A DNA stretch of 59,081 bases, filler included, from Sphaerodactylus townsendi (Eukaryota), in the NCBI RefSeq assembly GCF_021028975.2. It is 4 parts of 3 records of this genome, joined end to end, with 100 filler letters (N's around TTAATTAATTAA, not from the genome) between each part and the next. Parts side by side here need not be neighbours in the genome. Positions count along the whole stretch, not along the records: positions 22,471 to 49,797 come from NC_059426.1; 3 more parts are not named here. One strand, given 5' to 3'. Under the pieces are notes generated by a model. It had not been told where the DNA came from and ran no database searches. It worked only from the letters and a program-made list of their open reading frames with translations. A program made the position numbers and the translations under genes. Every line of letters starts with the position of its first letter. Positions within the stretch are counted from its first letter, which is position 1. Of the stretch, positions 23,157-36,583 are shown piece by piece.

Positions 23157-24331
23157 CTGAAAAAGAAAGTTTGCTCTTGAGCTGGTCTGAATGGAGGGGG
23201 GCTCTTGTGGCTTCTGCCCCCACAAACGCAGGCTCAAGGCTGGGCAAACAGGAAAGAAAGGCCGGGGGGGCACACCCTGATTTTTTTTGGGGGGGGGGTC
23301 TGGTGGTGGTAGTTTTAATTGTGCTTTTTTTGAAAGAAATGTTTTTTCTTACTGAAAATTTGGCCTCTCTTGGAACACACTGAAAAGCCCCTCTTTTTTA
23401 TTTTGTAGAGGAGGAAACTGCTTTGTAAGACGAGGTTTTGCTTACTGAACAAGCTGAGTGTGAAGACTTGGTTAGGCCCACCTCATTGCTGAAGCCGAAG
23501 GCAACTGGGCTGAGTGGGTTCTGAAGGGTACAATGTCAACTGGGAATGTACTCTGAGCAGCCTCTGCTGGAAGGACCTGAACTCGTGCCACGGGGGATGC
23601 AGAGCCTTGCTCAATCCCCATTAGCCTCACGACAGCCTTCTCTGGTGCCATGAGTCTGGTCTCAAGGCTGCTCAAGCATTTAACGTTTCCTTTGATTTGA
23701 AAGATCAGCCAACCGAAGAGTATTATCGTATTTGGCAGCCTTGGATAAATCGTGTATCTTCAATGTCTAAAATCTCTTATACTTTCTCTTCCTCCAAAGA
23801 TGGATGTTTTTTTCTTTTCTTATCGCATAGGGATCAATCCGTGCTTATCCTATTATTACGTTGTTGCTGCTTTATTGGGGGACATCTCTGCTTACTATTA
23901 TTTTTACTGCTGTTTTTAAAGGTTTTAGAAATGATATTTATAATTGTATCGAGATTTTATGTTGTACACCGCCCAGAGCCCCTTGGGGATGGGGCAGTAT
24001 AAAAATCTAACTAATAAATAAATGAAATAAATAAATTGTAGAGGGAAAGTCGGGGGGGGGATAGAGGAGGGGGAGGGGTGGGTGGGTAGGTTGTAAGGGA
24101 GACTCGATTGATACAGAATGAGTAGCAAAGCTTATGTAACAGATATTATGATTTTAATTTGTAATTTTTTTTCTGGACAGACAAACTTGCTCTCATTTGT
24201 ATACTACTATATTGTTGTACTAACAGACTCCCATTTTTGGAAAAGCAATAAAAACATTATTTTTAAAAAAGCATTTAACGTTCCCGCGCCCTCATTCCCA
24301 GCAACATGTGAGGCAGGCTCCAAACACTCAC

Positions 24332-24467
24332 CTGTCTGAATATTTGTGTCGAAGACTGTTCCATCTTCTAGCTTCCCCGTGTACCAGCAGTGAACGACAT
24401 CACCCTTCTTGGGAAAGTTGACTTTATCGCCCTTTTTCAGAACAGACTTTGTATACTTGGGGGGCCC
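24332..24467 (-). CDS. FKBP3: FKBP3 exon 4
   Basis: attcag| ... |gtgagt, 136 nt; GPPKYTKSVLKKGDKVNFPKKGDVVHCWYTGKLEDGTVFDTNIQT (PPIase domain). Confidence 0.96.
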
Positions 24468-27400
24468 CTGAATTCGAAAGAGAGAAGAAGCACAACAGTC
24501 ACCCCCCTCCTCTCACAGTCCTCAGCTATGCTGGCGTCACAGGAGCAAATGTCAAAATCTCTCTCGTGCCTCTGCAGCCTGCAATGCCCTCCGTCCCCCC
24601 GCAGTTCTGACACCAGGAGTCAGCTCAGGGGCGGGTGGGCGCAGTGGGATGTAGGAAATGCCCCAAATTTGCCTCCCGCACAACTGAGTAAGCCAGCAAC
24701 CCCAGCACTCTCTGCTCCATCACTGGCAATGTGGAGTCCGAGTCAGAACAGACCTAGCAGATGTTATCCGCAAAGGCTGAGCAAGCTTATCATAGCAGCC
24801 TGCCTTAGAGAGCCAGCGGGGTATGGTGCTTAAGAGCAGGTGCACTCTAATCTGGAGGAACCGGGTTTGATTCCCCGCTTTTGCCACTTGAGCTGTGGAG
24901 GCTTATCTGGTGAACCAGATTGGCTTGTGCACTCCAAACACATGCCAGATGGGTGACCTTAAGCATGTCACAGTTCTTCGGAGCTCTCTCAGCCCCACCC
25001 ATTTCACAGGGTGTTTGTTGGGGGGGGGAGGGAAAGGAGATTATAAGCCCCTTTGAGTCTCCTTACAGGAGGGAAAGGCGGGATATAAATCCAAAACTCT
25101 TCTTCTTCTTCCTGCAGGCCTCTGACCAACCAGAAATGCCATCCCAGCAGAAAAGTGCTGTTTCTTTGTGGCGACAGAGTAAACTTTAAAACAAGCTCTC
25201 GTCTGTTTCTTGGGGGACCGGTCATGAGTCTTGCTCCAGCCACCTCCTCGTCTTCCTCTCATAGGCTGCAGCTCCTCAGTATGCCAACCAGCTGCCTGGG
25301 CTGTGAGCCAGGGGGCCCAGGAGGAAACTCACGTTTGGACTGAACGTAAAGATACCCAATGAGCCACGCTAACAGAGATTGTCGGCCGCAACTGAAGACG
25401 CTTCCAAAATGACTCCCTGAAGCAACCAGGAAGCGCGGAGCGTTTGAAATTCGTCAGACAAATATTTTACAGTGAGACAGAATTACAACAGAAAACACCA
25501 GTTAATCAGCCTAGTAACCAGCAGCTACTTGTCATTTAATAGCCCCCGAGTGAACCATTGTGTTGATCAGAACACGAGCATTTCTAGACTAGTTGCCTAT
25601 TTTCCTGGAGTTACACCCATTTTTCCCCCATTTAAAAAGTAATTTGAGTCACTTCTTTTTATCTACTTTTTCCCACAATATCTTAAACATCTGGAATTAC
25701 ACAACTTAAAGGAAAGAAACACAATTATGCAAACAAAGCTGCCTATGGTGTTGTGGATTTTCCAGGTTGTATGGCCATACAACCCAGAAAACCCACAACA
25801 CCCTAGTGATTCCGGCCATGAAAGCCTTCGACAGTACAAAGCTGACTATATTATGTAGATTTCCAAAACTGTATAAAAGGTTCCCGAAATGCAGCCAGCA
25901 CCAGTTCAGACCATCTTCCATCCATTAAACACACACATCCATTAAACAATTTCTCAGAAGCTTTTTAATCCGCTCCTTGTTTGACTGACTTTTGCTAATT
26001 TGCCAGGTTTTAGCTACGATACTTTTTGCAACAGTTAACCTTACAGCAATCAAAGAAGAAGAAGAAGAGTTTGGTATATCCCCCCTTTCTCTCCTGCAGG
26101 AGACTCAAAGGGGCTGATAATCTCCTTGCCCTCCCCCCCACATGCAACAAACACCCTGTGAGGTGGGTGGGGCTGAGAGAGCTCCGAGAAGCTGTGACTA
26201 GCCCAAAGTCACCCAGCTGGCGTGTATGGGAGTGCACAGGATAATCTGAATTCCCCAGATAAGCCTCCACAGCTCAAGCGGCAGAGTGGGGAATCAAGCT
26301 CGGTTCCTCCAGATTAGAATGCACCTGCTCTTAACCACTACACCACCGCTGCAAGGAGGAGGAGGAGGAGTTTGGATTTATATTCCCCCCCTTTCTCTCC
26401 TGCAGGAGACTCAAAGGGGCTGACAATCTCCTTGCCCTTCCCCCCTCACAACAAACACCCTGTGAGGTGGGTGGGGCTGAGAGAGCTTCGAAGAACTGTG
26501 ACTAGCCCAAGGTCACCCAGCTGGCGTGTGTGGGAGTGCGCAGGCTAATCTGAATTCCCCAGAGAAGCCTCCACAGCTCAGGCGGCAGAGCGGGGAATCA
26601 AACCCGGTTCCTCCAGATTAGATACACGAGCTCTTAACCTCCTACGCCACTGCTGGAGGAGTTCATTTTCATTTAACGGTAAGCATTCTCAAGAACCTAT
26701 TGTCAAAGGCTTCCACGGCTGGAATTCACTGACGTGGAGGTTTTTTTGCCCGTGTGGCCGTAGTCTGGTAGTTTTTGCTTGTAACATTCTGCCTGCATCT
26801 TGCCAGCCATAGATGCAGGTAAAATGTTAGGAGCAAAAACTTCCAGTCCATGGCTGCACAGCCTGGACTACCCACAACTGCCAGCTTCTCGAGAACCTTT
26901 CCAGAGAGGCAGCACAAGACATTTTATAAATGAACAATAAAGCTAGACTAAGTTCAGACGTTCAAAGCTTTTTCCACAGAGAGCCAGCGTGGTGTAGTGG
27001 CAGGTGGATTCTAATCTGGAGAACTGGGTTTGATTCCCCACTCCTCCACCTGAGTGGCAGAGGCTTATCTGGTGAACCAGACGTGTTTCCGCACTCCTAC
27101 ATTCCTGCTGGGTGGGCTAGTTGTAGTTCTCTCTGAACTCTCTCAACCCCACTGACCTCAGAAGGTGTCTATTGTGGGGAGAGGAAGGGAAAGGAGCTTG
27201 TAAGCCACCTTGAGTCTCCTTACAGAAGAGTACGGCGGGATATAAATCCAAACTTTTCTTCTTCTTCTCCTAATCCAGAGTCCCCACTTCTCCACATGAG
27301 TGGCAAACTCTACTCTGGTGAACTGGAATCCCCCCCCCCCTTCTCCTACACACAAAACCTGCTGGGCGACCTTGGACTAGCCACAGTTCTCTCCCAACTC

Positions 27401-27779
27401 TCTCAGCTCCACCGACCTCATAAGGTATCTGTTGTGGGGAGAGGAAGGGAAAAGGAGTTTGTAAATCACTTTGTGACTCCTTACAGGAGAGAAAGGTGGG
27501 CAACAATTCCAGACTACTACTACTACTACTACTTCTTCTCCTTCTTCTTCTCCTCCTTCTTTTTCTCCTCCTTCTTCTCCTTCTCCTTCTCCTCCTTCTC
27601 CCCCCCGCCCCCCCGGAATGCACTAGTGTAGAGAATGCCTAGTAGAACTGGATCTTCCATGAACATTTTTCCCTGGGGGAAGTGTATAACGTAGCCCCAT
27701 CTGTGGGCCCCTCTGACCCCAGCAGAGCTTCCAGCCTCCCACTGCCCAGACTGCAAAGCTCGACCAGAGACCGACCCAC

Positions 27780-27887
27780 CTCACAAACAGCTTCCTCGGG
27801 CTTTGCTTCTTTGGGCTTGTCTTCGTGGATTGTGACATTCTTCACCTGCTCCGACACTTGGTCTGCGCTCTCGGTGCCCTTAAAGCT
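27780..27887 (-). CDS. FKBP3: FKBP3 exon 3
   Basis: ctttgcag| ... |gtgggt, 108 nt; SFKGTESADQVSEQVKNVTIHEDKPKEAKPEEAVCE. Confidence 0.93.
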
Positions 27888-28591
27888 CTGCAAAGAAAAC
27901 AGGGATCGGTACGACAGTCAGCTCAGAAACTCCAGATAAGCATACGCATTTATTGTCATCGTGCACGCACAACGAAAATTTACAGCAGCATTCCTCGATG
28001 CACACAATTCCAGACTCATACCCCACCCTCACTTTCCCCTTCCTCCGCCCATCCCTCCACAGCCCCAAACACATCAACACGAAGCCGCGGAGTTCAGCAT
28101 CGCCACCGCTCTGGAGTAGAAGCTGCCTCTAAGCCTCTTTGTCCTAGTTTGGATAGACCTGTATCGTCTGCCGGATGGTCACAGTTCAAAAAGAGAGTGT
28201 GCTGGATTGTGGTAGTAGACAGCAGCAGCTCCAGGAAGTGCCTTCATCCACTTGCTGGAGCTGCTGTCTACTACCACAATTCGTTTTAATATTCTTTACT
28301 CATTGAATATTGGTGACACTGACTCTTTCAATTGATTGGAACGCAATAGGAGTGTTGCAGGTTTCGTGCCTCATGGACAATGTTTGTGACACCTTACGCA
28401 ATGCTTTTGAGAATTTGTTACTAAGTACAGTCCCATTACGTTTCTTAGGTGGCCGAAGTGCCCTCGTTGTATGTTTTGTTGTTACCTTTATATCCAGTTG
28501 AATATTACTTATAATATAGTCACAATCTATCTTTATGAATAATCTTTATGAACGGTGTATGAATTATCTATTGACTTTATACTCAAACTAA

Positions 28592-28732
28592 GGCTCATTC
28601 CGCACATGCAAAATAATGCACTTTCAAACTGCTTTCGGTGCTCTTTGAAGCTGTGCGGAATAGCAAAATTCACTTGCAAACAGTTGTGAAAGTGGTTTGA
28701 AAACGCATTATTTTGCATGTGCGGAATGAGCC
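28592..28732. mobile_element. PIF/Harbinger-type MITE
   Basis: TIR GGCTCATTCCGCACATGCAAAATAATGC; 3-bp TSD TAA on both sides. Confidence 0.82.
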
Positions 28733-29403
28733 TAATTGCATATACCAATTAGTTCATTGCCTTGTGTCACTATATATACAGTCCATGTTTCCTAGGCTGG
28801 GCTGGCCTCAGATTTTTTAGTATCTGTTGGTGGAAGGCCAGGTGGGACGTTGCTGGGTGAGCGGGCCAGGTGTCCAGGGGCCGTGGTGGACTGGCTGAAA
28901 TAGAGCCGACTGAAATTTAATCCATCAAAGACAGAGGTCCAAAGGCTGGGCAGGGATCCCAGCTGCCGAATTTAGATTGGGTGAAATTGACACCTACAGC
29001 AACTGTCAGAAGCCTGGGTGTGGTTCTGGGTGCCTCCCTCTCTATGCAGGCCCAAATCATGAATGCAGCTAGAGTGTTTTGCTAACTCAGTCAGGCTGAG
29101 CAGCTGGTACGTACTTGTCTTGTATGAGCCTAACTGCTGTGCTTGATGAGATTGTCAGGGAATAAAAAAAATATGTGGTGTGCATCTTGTGAGCAGACCG
29201 ATCATTGTGATCTAGGTGACAGCACTAGTCAGACAGAAACACCTGTCAGAACCTGCTGTAACTGTACAGAACCAGTTTAATCCTGATCACTGACCTTTAC
29301 TGTGATTGGCTAACAGGTAGAGCATGTTCCACTGTTCTGTGTCTAGGGATTTCTGAGTTGCTGCGGAGCATGCTGCCCGATTGTTTCCTGATACTGTCTA
29401 CAC

Positions 29404-29835
29404 CAGGGGTAGGGAACCTGTGGCTCAAGAGCCACATGCGGCTCTTCTGCCCTTGCACTGCGGCTCCACGAGCCGAGCCGCTGGCCCCATCCTTGCCCGC
29501 CCTGCAGGCAGCAGGGCGGGCACACCAACTGCCCGCTGTCGGCTGGACCACACCGCGGGCTTCCCCTCTCGCCTGCCCCATTGGAGTGGGGCGGGTGCTT
29601 TCCTGGCAGCCGGCAAGGCCGAGCCGCTGGCCCCATCCTTGCCCGCCCTGCAGGCAGCAGGGCGGACGCATTCATGCACTTCTCAGAATGTGGAGTAAAA
29701 GGTGAAAAAAACCCAATTTATACAGTGTTACCTTTATTTTAAATGTCAAAAATTATTTGCGGCTCCAAGTGTTTTCTTTTCCCATGGAAAACGGGTCCAA
29801 ATGGCTCTTTGAGTGTTAAAGGTTCCTTACCCCTG
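29404..29835. mobile_element. Non-autonomous hAT (Charlie-like) element
   Basis: TIR CAGGGGTA(G/A)GGAACCT; 8-bp TSD GTCTACAC (29396-29403, 29836-29843); internal direct repeat of about 48 bp. Confidence 0.88.
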
Positions 29836-31431
29836 GTCTACACTGTAAATAACCTGCACCCAAAGATAAAGTCTTCTTTTGAAGTGAAACTGCTTTATGG
29901 TGTTGTGTTGTTTCTTCTGCCGTGCCAAGCCTGTTGCAGCCGCACTTATTCTCGGTAACACAGCTTCCGCTTGTTAAAAGGTCTACTCTGTTAGAGATGG
30001 TCACCTCCAGGATAGACTACAGTAACGCCCTCTACGCGGGGCTACCCTTGAGGTTGCTCCGGGAACTTCAGCTGGTGCAGAACGCGAGGGTGAGGGTTAA
30101 GAACATAAGAACATAAGAACAAGCCAGCTGGATCAGACCAGAGTCTATCTAGTCCAGCTCTCTGCTACTCGCAGTGGCCCACCAGGTGCCTTGGGGAGCT
30201 CACATGCAGGAGGTGAAAGCAAGGGCCTTCTGCGGCTGTTGCTCCCGATCACCTGGTCTGTTGAGGCATTTGCAATCTCAGATCAAGGAGGATCAAGATT
30301 GGTAGCCATAAATCTACCAATCTTTCGGGAATGTCTTTGAGATCACCTATCCGACCTATACTTTGTCAGCTGCAAGTCAGGCAGGAGCCTGGCATCTGGG
30401 AAGTCAGTTTGCATCTGGGAGGGGGAGTGAGGAGTTGAAGTGGGCAGTTACTTTCTCTTTGCATAGCTAACCAAGTAGGGGGTGCCCGGGCCAGATGGCT
30501 GCTTTATCTTCTCTCCTGGCCTTGAAGAACTGCCTCACCATTTCACTGTCTCTGCTTTGTAGTTGGGAAGCGCGGGAAGTTGGGAGGGGGCATGAACAGG
30601 GTGGGGTTGATATAGCGGTGCTTGGGAAAAGACCATTTAGAATTGGCTTTTCATCTGCTAGCTGCTGATGTCTTCCAATAAAGAAGAAGAAGAGTTTGGA
30701 TTGATATCCCCCCTTTCTCTCCTGCAGGAGACTCAACGGGGCTGACAATCTCCTTGCCCTTCCCCCCTCACAACAAACACCCTGTGAGGTGGGTGGGGCT
30801 GAGAGAGCTCCAAGAAGCTGTGACTAGCCCAAGGTCACCCAGCTGGCGTGTGTGGGAGTGCACAGGCTAATCTGAATTCCCCAGATAAGCCTCCACAGCT
30901 CAGGCGGCAGAACTGACGGTTTCAGAGTTTTATTTGTCCTCAGATCCAGAGCTTGACAATGCACAGGTTGCCAGCTAAATAACGGGCCAAGTCCAAGGTT
31001 TGGGTGTTAACCTTCAGAGTCCTAAACGATCTGGGACTATCGTATCTGTGGGACCATCCCCCTTAATGTAACCCCCTGCAGGGCATTGCGCTCCGTTGGA
31101 AATCGTCTTCTGGCTGTCCCTGGCCCTGGAAGAATCTGGCTGTTCTCAGCCAGAGCTTTTCCAGTTGTGTCCCTGGCCTAGTGGAACCCTCCAGCAACTG
31201 AGATCTGGGCCCTGTGTGATTTAGTTCAATTCTGTAGCGTTTGTAAGATGGAAAAGTTCAATGGTTGAGGCAGCAAGAGTTGTACCGAACTGGCCACCCC
31301 GCCTTTCCTTACCCCCTTATTTGTCAACTACTCTCTAAGGCTACTACGTGCTTTCTTTGGGTTGGGTGGGCTTGATGCTGTTAGGCTGCCAGACTCAGTA
31401 GTAGGTTACGATTACAAGGCAATTGGTGTGC

Positions 31432-32230
31432 GGATTTGGGCGTCTTAGTGGATAGTTCCATGGCAATGTCAACTCCATGCATGGCAGCTGTGAAAAAGGC
31501 AAACTCGATGCTGGGGATAATTAGGAAAGGAGTTGATAATAAAACTGCAAGGATTGTCATGCCCTTATATAAAGCAGTCGTGCGACCGCACTTGGAGTAC
31601 TGTGTCCAGTTCTGGTCGCCACATCTCAAAAAGGATATCGAAGAGATAGAAAAAGTGCAGAGAAGGGCAACGAGGATGATTGAGGGACTGGAGCACCTTC
31701 CCTATGAGGAGAGGCTGCAGCGTTTGGGGCTCTTTAGTTTGGAGAGGAGACGTCTGAGGGGGGATATGATTGAAGTCTATAAAATTATGCATGGGGTAGA
31801 AAATGTGGACAGAGAGAAATTTTTCTCTCTTTCTCACAATACTAGAACCAGGGGGCATCCATTGAAAATGCTGGGGGGAAGAATTAGGACTAATAAAAGG
31901 AAACACTTCTTCACGCAACGTGTGATTGGTGTTTGGAATATGCTGCCACAGGAGGTGGTGATGGCCACTCACCTGGATAGCTTTAAAAAGGGCTTGGACA
32001 GATTTATGGAGGAGAAGTCGATCTCTGGCTCCCAATCTTGATCCTCCTTGGTCTCAGATTGCAAATGCCTTAGCAGACCAGGTGCTCAGGAGCAGCAGCA
32101 GCAGAAGGCCATTGCTTTCACATCCTGCACGTGAGCTGCCAAAGGCACCTGGTGGGCCACTGCGAGTAGCAGAGAGCTGGACTAGATGGACTCTGGTCTG
32201 ATCCAGCAGGCTAGTTCTTATGTTCTTATG
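31432..32230 (+). mobile_element. CR1 LINE, 5'-truncated, ORF2 end still open
   Basis: [35 protein letters not shown]; 3' UTR ending in (TTCTTATG)n. Confidence 0.93.
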
Positions 32231-32886
32231 TGTGTGCGTTAAATTAAATTGATGGGATTGTACTGTTATATGACCAGAAGTATATTTTCAATGTATTTTA
32301 TATTGTGAGTCGAACTGAGCCCATATGTGGACTGGACAGGGTGGGGGTATGAATACAATTAAATAAATCAAAACAAATAAATAAAAAGGGGACCCTGAGT
32401 TTTTGGAATCTGCAGCCACCTTTAAAGTTCTGACGCACAGTGGTGGCCACAGCTGCAAAACAGCTGTTTCAGAATTCAGAGCCAGCCACAACTTTCCATC
32501 AGTCGCACAATGAAGATCCTTGTGCTGTGGTGGCAGCTGCTGTCAAAGCAATATATTTTTTTTAAAATCTGCACACCCAGCCAAATCTCCAACGGCCAAT
32601 CAAAAGCCTTGCTGGGCAACACCCCCCACCCCACTTACATACATACATAAGCCTTTATTGGCATAGTCTGAGAGAGTTACATAAATCGGGAACAATTGCA
32701 TGGATACATGATAGATAAAAGGCCCCAGGGGGAGCACAACAAATACGTTCTACTGGGAACTCTCAACTATCTCCACAATGAAATTGGCGATCTCTTTCAC
32801 AAAGACCGGGGTCCGAGTTGTTTAACAATAGAGATAACCTCGTCAGATCAGGCAGCCCAGATTGGAAGAAAAAATGTAGGTTGGTA

Positions 32887-33120
32887 CCCTGTTTCCCCGA
32901 ATATAAGACATCCCCGAAAAATAAGACATAGTAGAGGTTTTGCTGAAGTGCGAAATATAAGGCATCCCCCAAAAGTAAGACATAGCAAAGTTTTTGTTTG
33001 AAAGCATGCCTGATGAACAGAACACAGGAAAAATAAGACATCCCCTGAAAATAAGACATAGCATATCTTTGGGAGCAAAAATTAATATAAGACACTGTCT
33101 TATATTCGGGGAAACACGGG
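32887..33120. mobile_element. Non-autonomous Tc1/mariner-superfamily (pogo/Tc2-like) element
   Basis: TIR CC(C/G)TGTTTCCCCGAATATAAGACA; TA on both flanks; internal AAATAAGACAT repeats. Confidence 0.82.
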
Positions 33121-33220
33121 TATATTTAGATCTGACGTTATCAAATCTGGTGAAGTGCAAGATTTGGCGAGTCAGGGTTTCAACCACATGAAGTTTGCAA
33201 CTGCATAACCTTGTGGATTT

Positions 33221-33860
33221 ATCTGCATTGGCTTCCAGTAGAGTTCCGGATCATCTTCAAGGTGTTGGTGTTGACCTTTAAGGCCATTCACGGCCTGGGG
33301 CCATCGTATCTTCGAGACCGCATCACCCCATACGTCCCTAGGCGGCCTCTCCGATCTGCGGAGGCCAATTTACTGGTGGTCCCTGGCCCCTCGGCAATGC
33401 GGCTGGCCTCCACGCGGGCCAGGACCTTTACAGCCCTGGCCCCGGCCTGGTGGAACGCTCTTCCTCCAGCTGTCCGGGCCCTGCGGGACCTTGGGGAGTT
33501 CCGCGGGGCCTGCAAGACGGAGCTGTTCCGCCGGGCCTTCGGAGGATCCAGCCGCTAATAGTGCCCCGCCTTTAGCCCTTAACATCTGGGCCACAATTAC
33601 ATCACTGAGACTCGCCATGCCCCCCTTCATCGTGGGGAGGGAGGGTTTTTATATTATTGGACCGCTGGACGCCACTCTATATCTTGAATTTTAATCTAAA
33701 TCTAACTTTGGGCTTTAATTTGTGAATGCATTGGGAGTTTTTATCGCTGCTTTTAAATGTTATTTAATTATACTGTTTTAAATGCTGTACACCGCCCAGA
33801 GCCCCTCGGGGATGGGGCGGTATAAAAATCGAATAAAATAAATAAATAAAATAAATAAAT
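33221..33860 (+). mobile_element. L2 LINE 3' end (related fragments at about 28775-29115, 30965-31270, 41985-42345, 54215-54575)
   Basis: LHWLPVEFRIIFKVLVLTFKAIHGLGPSYLRDRI...APAWWNALP...FRGACKTELF; (TAAA)n tail. Confidence 0.88.
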
Positions 33861-34663
33861 TGCTAGACCTACCCTTTAATAGGGCAGAGGGCATAACGTT
33901 AAGATCCGCAATGGTAAGGGCTCTCCTTGCACGTGGGTTCGTTAAGGTATGGAGGTAATAGGCCACACGTCTCTGCTCGAATGGAATTAGGAGTTGTGTT
34001 GGAGAGCAGGTTCATTTGGCTGCTAGATGCAAATTTGCACCCCCCCCCCACTTTCTGAAAGGAAGCATCTAGATTTACGCCCCACTTTCCTCTTTTGTAA
34101 GGAGTCTCAAAGCAGCTCACAAACTCTTTCCCTTTCCCTTCTCCAGTGGGACTGAGAGTGTTCGGAGAGGACTGTGACCGGCCCACGGTCACCCAGCAGG
34201 CTTCATGTGGAGGAGCAGGGAAACAAACCCAGTTCACCCAATAAGAGCCCGTCGTTCACGTGGAGGAGTGGGAAACCAAACTGGGTCCTCCGGGTTAGAG
34301 TCCACCCTTGGCAGGTACCAAGAAGGCAGCCACCCTGTTGGGGACCCCTGCAGTACAAGACAGCAAGCATGTATTTAAAAGGGGCTTGGACAGACTGATG
34401 GAGGAGAAGTCGATTTATGGCTACCAATCTTGATCCTCCTTGATCTGAGATTGCAAAGGCCTTAGCACACCAGGTGCTCAGGAGCAGCAGCAGCAGCAGA
34501 AGGCCACTGCTTTCACATCCTGCACGTGAGCTCCCAAAGGCACCTGGTGGACCACTGCGAGTAGCAGAGAGCTGGACTAGATGGACTCTGGTCTGATCCA
34601 GCAGGCTAGTTCTTATGTTCTTATGTTCTTAAGCATGCAAGTTGTGTAGCAAAGCCGACTGAC

Positions 34664-34765
34664 CTTTGTTTCAAAGAGCTGGTTGTAGGCGGTGATCAGC
34701 TGATCCTTACTGGCCGTCTTGGCCACATTTTTTATCTGCCCGAGTAGCTTGTGCTCTGCAAGGAA
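34664..34765 (-). CDS. FKBP3: FKBP3 exon 2
   Basis: ttgttcag| ... |gtcagt, 102 nt; [34 protein letters not shown] (N-terminal helix bundle). Confidence 0.95.
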
Positions 34766-35712
34766 CTGAACAAGAAACCCGGAGAGTTAGGCCAGCCCCC
34801 TTCTCAGAAGTAAGAAAACAACCATTCCCTCCTTCTGCAAAGCCGTCTGGGGATGCAGGGCTGCGGCTTAACCCACAAACCGCGGCTTGCCTGACAGGAC
34901 CACAAAAGTGGTGGCCCCTTGCGCACGATGCACGCGCCTCTCCCTGCCCCCAACCCATGCTCAACCCCAGTCCTGCAAGCATGTCTGCAGGCACCGGGTT
35001 TGTTTCCTCAGCACTAATCCAGGGTGCACAAGCAAGGTTTGTTTTTTCTGCAGGTGCATACAAATGGGAACTGAGTTTGAATCTCCCCCCAATATGGAAG
35101 CTTCGGCCTTCCTTCCCCATGTCAGGGGGAGGGAGGGCGAAGAAGGGGAGAGCACCAGGAGAAGAAATGCCTGCAGAGGGAGTCCCCAAAGGGGTTGCCA
35201 ACTCTGGTCTGGGGAATTCCTGGAGATTTGGGGGAGGCACTTGTGGAGGGGGAGGAGCAAATCCGGGGAGGGATTTCATCTGGGATCTATTATCTATGGC
35301 AGTGGTGGCAAACCTATGGCACTCCAGATGTTCATGGANNNNNNNNNNNNNNNNNNNNNNNNNNNNNNNNNNNNNNNNNNNNNNNNNNNNNNNNNNNNNN
35401 NNNNNNNNNNNNNNNNNNNNNNNNNNNNNNNNNNNNNNNNNNNNNNNNNNNNNNNNNNNNNNNNNNNNNNNNNNNNNNNNNNNNNNNNNNNNNNNNNNNN
35501 NNNNNNNNNNNNNNNNNNNNNNNNNNNNNNNNNNNNNNNNNNNNNNNNNNNNNNNNNNNNNNNNNNNNNNNNNNNNNNNNNNNNNNNNNNNNNNNNNNNN
35601 NNNNNNNNNNNNNNNNNNNNNNNNNNNNNNNNNNNNNNNNNNNNNNNNNNNNNNNNNNNNNNNNNNNNNNNNNNNNNNNNNNGTGTGGTGGGTGGGGGGG
35701 GGGGGGGGGGGT

Positions 35713-35744
<32 letters not shown>

Positions 35745-35754
35745 GGGGGGGGGG

Positions 35755-35865
35755 CCGCAAGTAATGATCAATGATCTCTCCCGTGGACTGTGTCCTGCCA
35801 TGGACATCAAGTGTCTGGTTATTGATGAGGCCCACAGAGCGCTGGGAAATCATGCCTATTGTCAG
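35755..35865 (+). CDS. FANCM: FANCM exon 2, 3' part (5' part lost in gap/poly-G)
   Basis: PQVMINDLSRGLCPAMDIKCLVIDEAHRALGNHAYCQ|gtacta; DEAH helicase motif II in FANCM context. Confidence 0.93.
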
Positions 35866-36221
35866 GTACTAGAAGCTGTGCAGAATTTATGCTCTGTCTC
35901 TGTGTTGTTGAAGAGATCTTTTTACTCTTGGGTTCTTGATTCCTTTATGTTTTTTTCCAGGCCAAAATCAATGTGTGTTTAAATCCCCTATAACATCAGT
36001 GGATCCTGCCCCCCCCCCCTTTCCTTTCTGGTTTTAAGGGGATTTGATAATAGGTGCCATCTATTATGTTGATTTCAGTATGCTGCGTTTTAATGGGGCC
36101 GGGTTTATTTTATTTTATATAGAGCCAATTTAATTAATATTTAATGGATTTTAGTCTGTGGTTTATGTGCTCTATTTTTGTTTTGTTGTTCACCGCCCTG
36201 AGCCCTTTGGGGGAGGGTGGT

Positions 36222-36353
36222 GTATGTATGTATGTATGTATGTATGTATGTATGTATGTATGTATGTATGTATGTATGTATGTATGTATTATTTATATAT
36301 ATTTATGCTGATCCTATGAGTAATATATATATATTACTCATAGGATCAGCATA

Positions 36354-36428
<75 letters not shown>
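36222..36428. repeat. Microsatellites (TATG)n and (AAAG)n
   Basis: Directly visible. Confidence 0.95.
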
Positions 36429-36583
36429 CAAACTGACCCGGAAGCATTTTGGGCCTATGTTGAGGTTTGTTGGTTTCAGCCTGGCCCATTACTTCAGTGT
36501 ATGATTGTTTTGAAGTGTGTTCCCACCCCCCACCCTCCTGGACACATGGAACACATGGGGACCACTGAAAGGCCTTGCAAGTG

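Larger units (their letters stand above)
32640..33990 (-). mobile_element. Degenerate non-LTR (RTE-X-like) 3' fragment, split by TcMar and L2 insertions
   Basis: AYYLHTLTNPRARRALTIADLNVMPSALLKGR at 33966-33863; AATAAA plus (TATG) tail near 32640 on the minus strand. Confidence 0.45.

Noticed and set aside
27270-27756. Poly-Arg/Lys/Glu ORFs (also 38618-38947)
   Set aside because: Translations of SINE-tail microsatellites.
32887-33120. CRISPR-like array of AAATAAGACAT repeats
   Set aside because: Sub-terminal repeats inside a TA-flanked TIR element in vertebrate DNA; no regular spacers or cas genes.
34707-35982. Long ORFs of 295-367 aa (also 54514-55420 and 5151-5643)
   Set aside because: Their length comes from N runs and low-complexity sequence; only 35755-35865 is real coding sequence.
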